A stretch of 63,999 nt of DNA, the filler included. It is 6 parts of 6 records of this genome, joined end to end, with 100 filler letters (N's around TTAATTAATTAA, not from the genome) between each part and the next. Parts side by side here need not be neighbours in the genome. Positions count along the whole stretch, not along the records: positions 58,932 to 63,999 come from SRR31147125_12476; 5 more parts are not named here. One strand, given 5' to 3'. The translations under genes were made by a program, and so were the position numbers. This document shows positions 62,672 to 63,999 of the stretch, one piece after another (positions within the stretch are counted from its first letter, which is position 1; every line of letters starts with the position of its first letter). The notes under the pieces are model-generated. The model worked only from the letters and a program-made list of their open reading frames with translations. It was not told the origin of the DNA and searched no databases.

Positions 62672-63999
62672 ATGTTCGCGCACATGAAGAGTAAAGTCCT
62701 GCGTACCGCGCTGGGTAAGGCCGCGGCCGATCTGGTTATCATGAATGGCACCCTTCTCGATGTCTATACCCAAAGGGTGATTCCCGGGCGGAGCGTTGCC
62801 CTGCGGGGTGAATATATTGCTTACCTCGGATCCGACGCTACGCACACCATCGGTAAGCACACCCGCATCATCAATGCCGATGGCCGGATTATTTCACCTG
62901 GTTATATCGACAGCCACACCCATATCGAGAAGTACTGGGAGATCACGGAATTTTTAAAGTACGCCCTTGTCGGTGGAACGACCAGCTACATCACCAACCT
63001 CAATTCCTATGGACTCGCCGCCGGAAAGAAGGGGTTGAAGCGTTTTTATCGCAAGTTAAAGACGTTCCGGCAGATGTTCGTTGCCTGGTGCCCTCGCTGG
63101 TTTCCTTGAGCCCGCGGTTGAAAGACAGTGCATCGACAGTAATGGATTGGCGACGTTGTTAAGCGATGAGAAAATAGTGGGGATCGGTGAGTCCTATTGG
63201 CAGGAGGTCATCCGGGGCGAGGGAAACCGCTTTTTATCATTGATGGAAACAGTGGAAGCGGCAGGCAAGGTCATCGAAGGCCATGCTGCCGGCGCTATCG
63301 ATAAAAAGCTTGCCGCATACACGGCAACAGGCGTTCGCTCCTGCCATGAGGCGATTACGTCTACCGAGCTGCTGGAACGACTCGAAATGGGCCTATACGC
63401 CATGGTTCGGGAGGGGGATATCCGCCGGGATCTTGATATCCTTCTCCCGATCATCGACGCCATCGATACGAGAAGAATAATTCTGGTTACGGACGGAACC
63501 AACCCCAAGGCCCTGATCGAAGACGGTTATTTCGTGGATGTCTTGCAAAAAGCGGTCGATATGGGGATGGATCCGGTTCGCGTCGTCGGCATGGCATCCC
63601 TCAACCCGGCCACCTATCTGGGTATCGATCACCAGGTGGGCGGGCTTGCTCCGGGGCGACTGGCAAACATCCTGATTCTGCCGGACCTGCGCCAATTGCG
63701 GCCCGATCTCGTCATCGCCAAGGGGCAGGTGGTGGCCGAGGAGGGAAACCCAACGGTTTCGTTTCACTCGCCTCCCTCCCGGCCGTTTCTATGGGATACC
63801 GTTAAGATCCCGGAGGTTTCGGTCCCTGTGTTGCGTACACCCCAACGTGGAAAAGAATCAACGGTGCGCTGCGTCGATATCGACGCCGGCGGCCTGGTCA
63901 CCACCGAGGGCATTTGTGACGCGCCGGTCGTATCCGGCGCGTTTGTCCAGGACCCGGATCATGACCTGCTGAAACTGGCCTTCATGGAACGGGTGACCG
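62672..63999 (+). CDS. ade: Adenine deaminase; frameshifted; 3' truncated
   Basis: ADLVIMNGTLLDVYT, PGYIDSHTHIE, later IEGHA, SCHEAIT, MVREG, VTDG, SLNPA, GLAPGRLANIL. Confidence 0.85.

Noticed and set aside
61994-63999. ubiX next to adenine deaminase without ubiD as a new prFMN pathway
   Set aside because: ubiX is often unlinked from its partner decarboxylase, and the contig is cut by the window edge

Overview
The window is not one locus. It is six unrelated contigs joined by artificial 100-nt linkers (N-run, TTAATTAATTAA, N-run) at 12264-12363, 26247-26346, 38136-38235, 50014-50113 and 58832-58931. Many genes carry single-base frameshifts, mostly in homopolymer runs, which points to sequencing error rather than pseudogenisation. 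Taxonomic labels below are inferred from protein style and gene order. Contig 1 (1-12263, spirochaete-like): glgA-glgC, trxB, tsaE/tsaB, TPR protein, 6S RNA, zapA/zapB, infC-rpmI-rplT, fba, tatD, truncated tRNA-Leu. Contig 2 (12364-26246, Clostridia-like): two sugar-catabolism clusters, including a DeoC with a microcompartment-type encapsulation peptide. Contig 3 (26347-38135, low-GC Clostridia-like): NUDIX plus DUF2075 nuclease-helicase, a DnaA-box cluster, an acyltransferase/DUF6320 pair, LysR/DMT, a flippase, and an Smr-less MutS2 paralogue. Contig 4 (38236-50013, diderm): polA, an RsbU/RsbW/RsbV-type module, mlaEFD-pqiC, mutM and a candidate sRNA. Contig 5 (50114-58831, spirochaete-like): rph, GNAT, Na+-type hppA with a likely Na+ riboswitch, proS with tandem hairpins, GH38 mannosidase. 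Contig 6 (58932-63999, high-GC, Desulfobacterales-like): SWIM-SNF2 helicase, ubiX, adenine deaminase. Best candidate for an undescribed system: the Smr-less MutS2 paralogue sits behind a promoter, micro-uORF, antiterminator and terminator leader of the antibiotic-sensing attenuator type, suggesting an inducible ribosome-rescue or resistance factor. Other leads are the BMC-targeted DeoC pathway, partner-switching genes co-transcribed with an Mla transporter, and the riboswitch-hppA pair.
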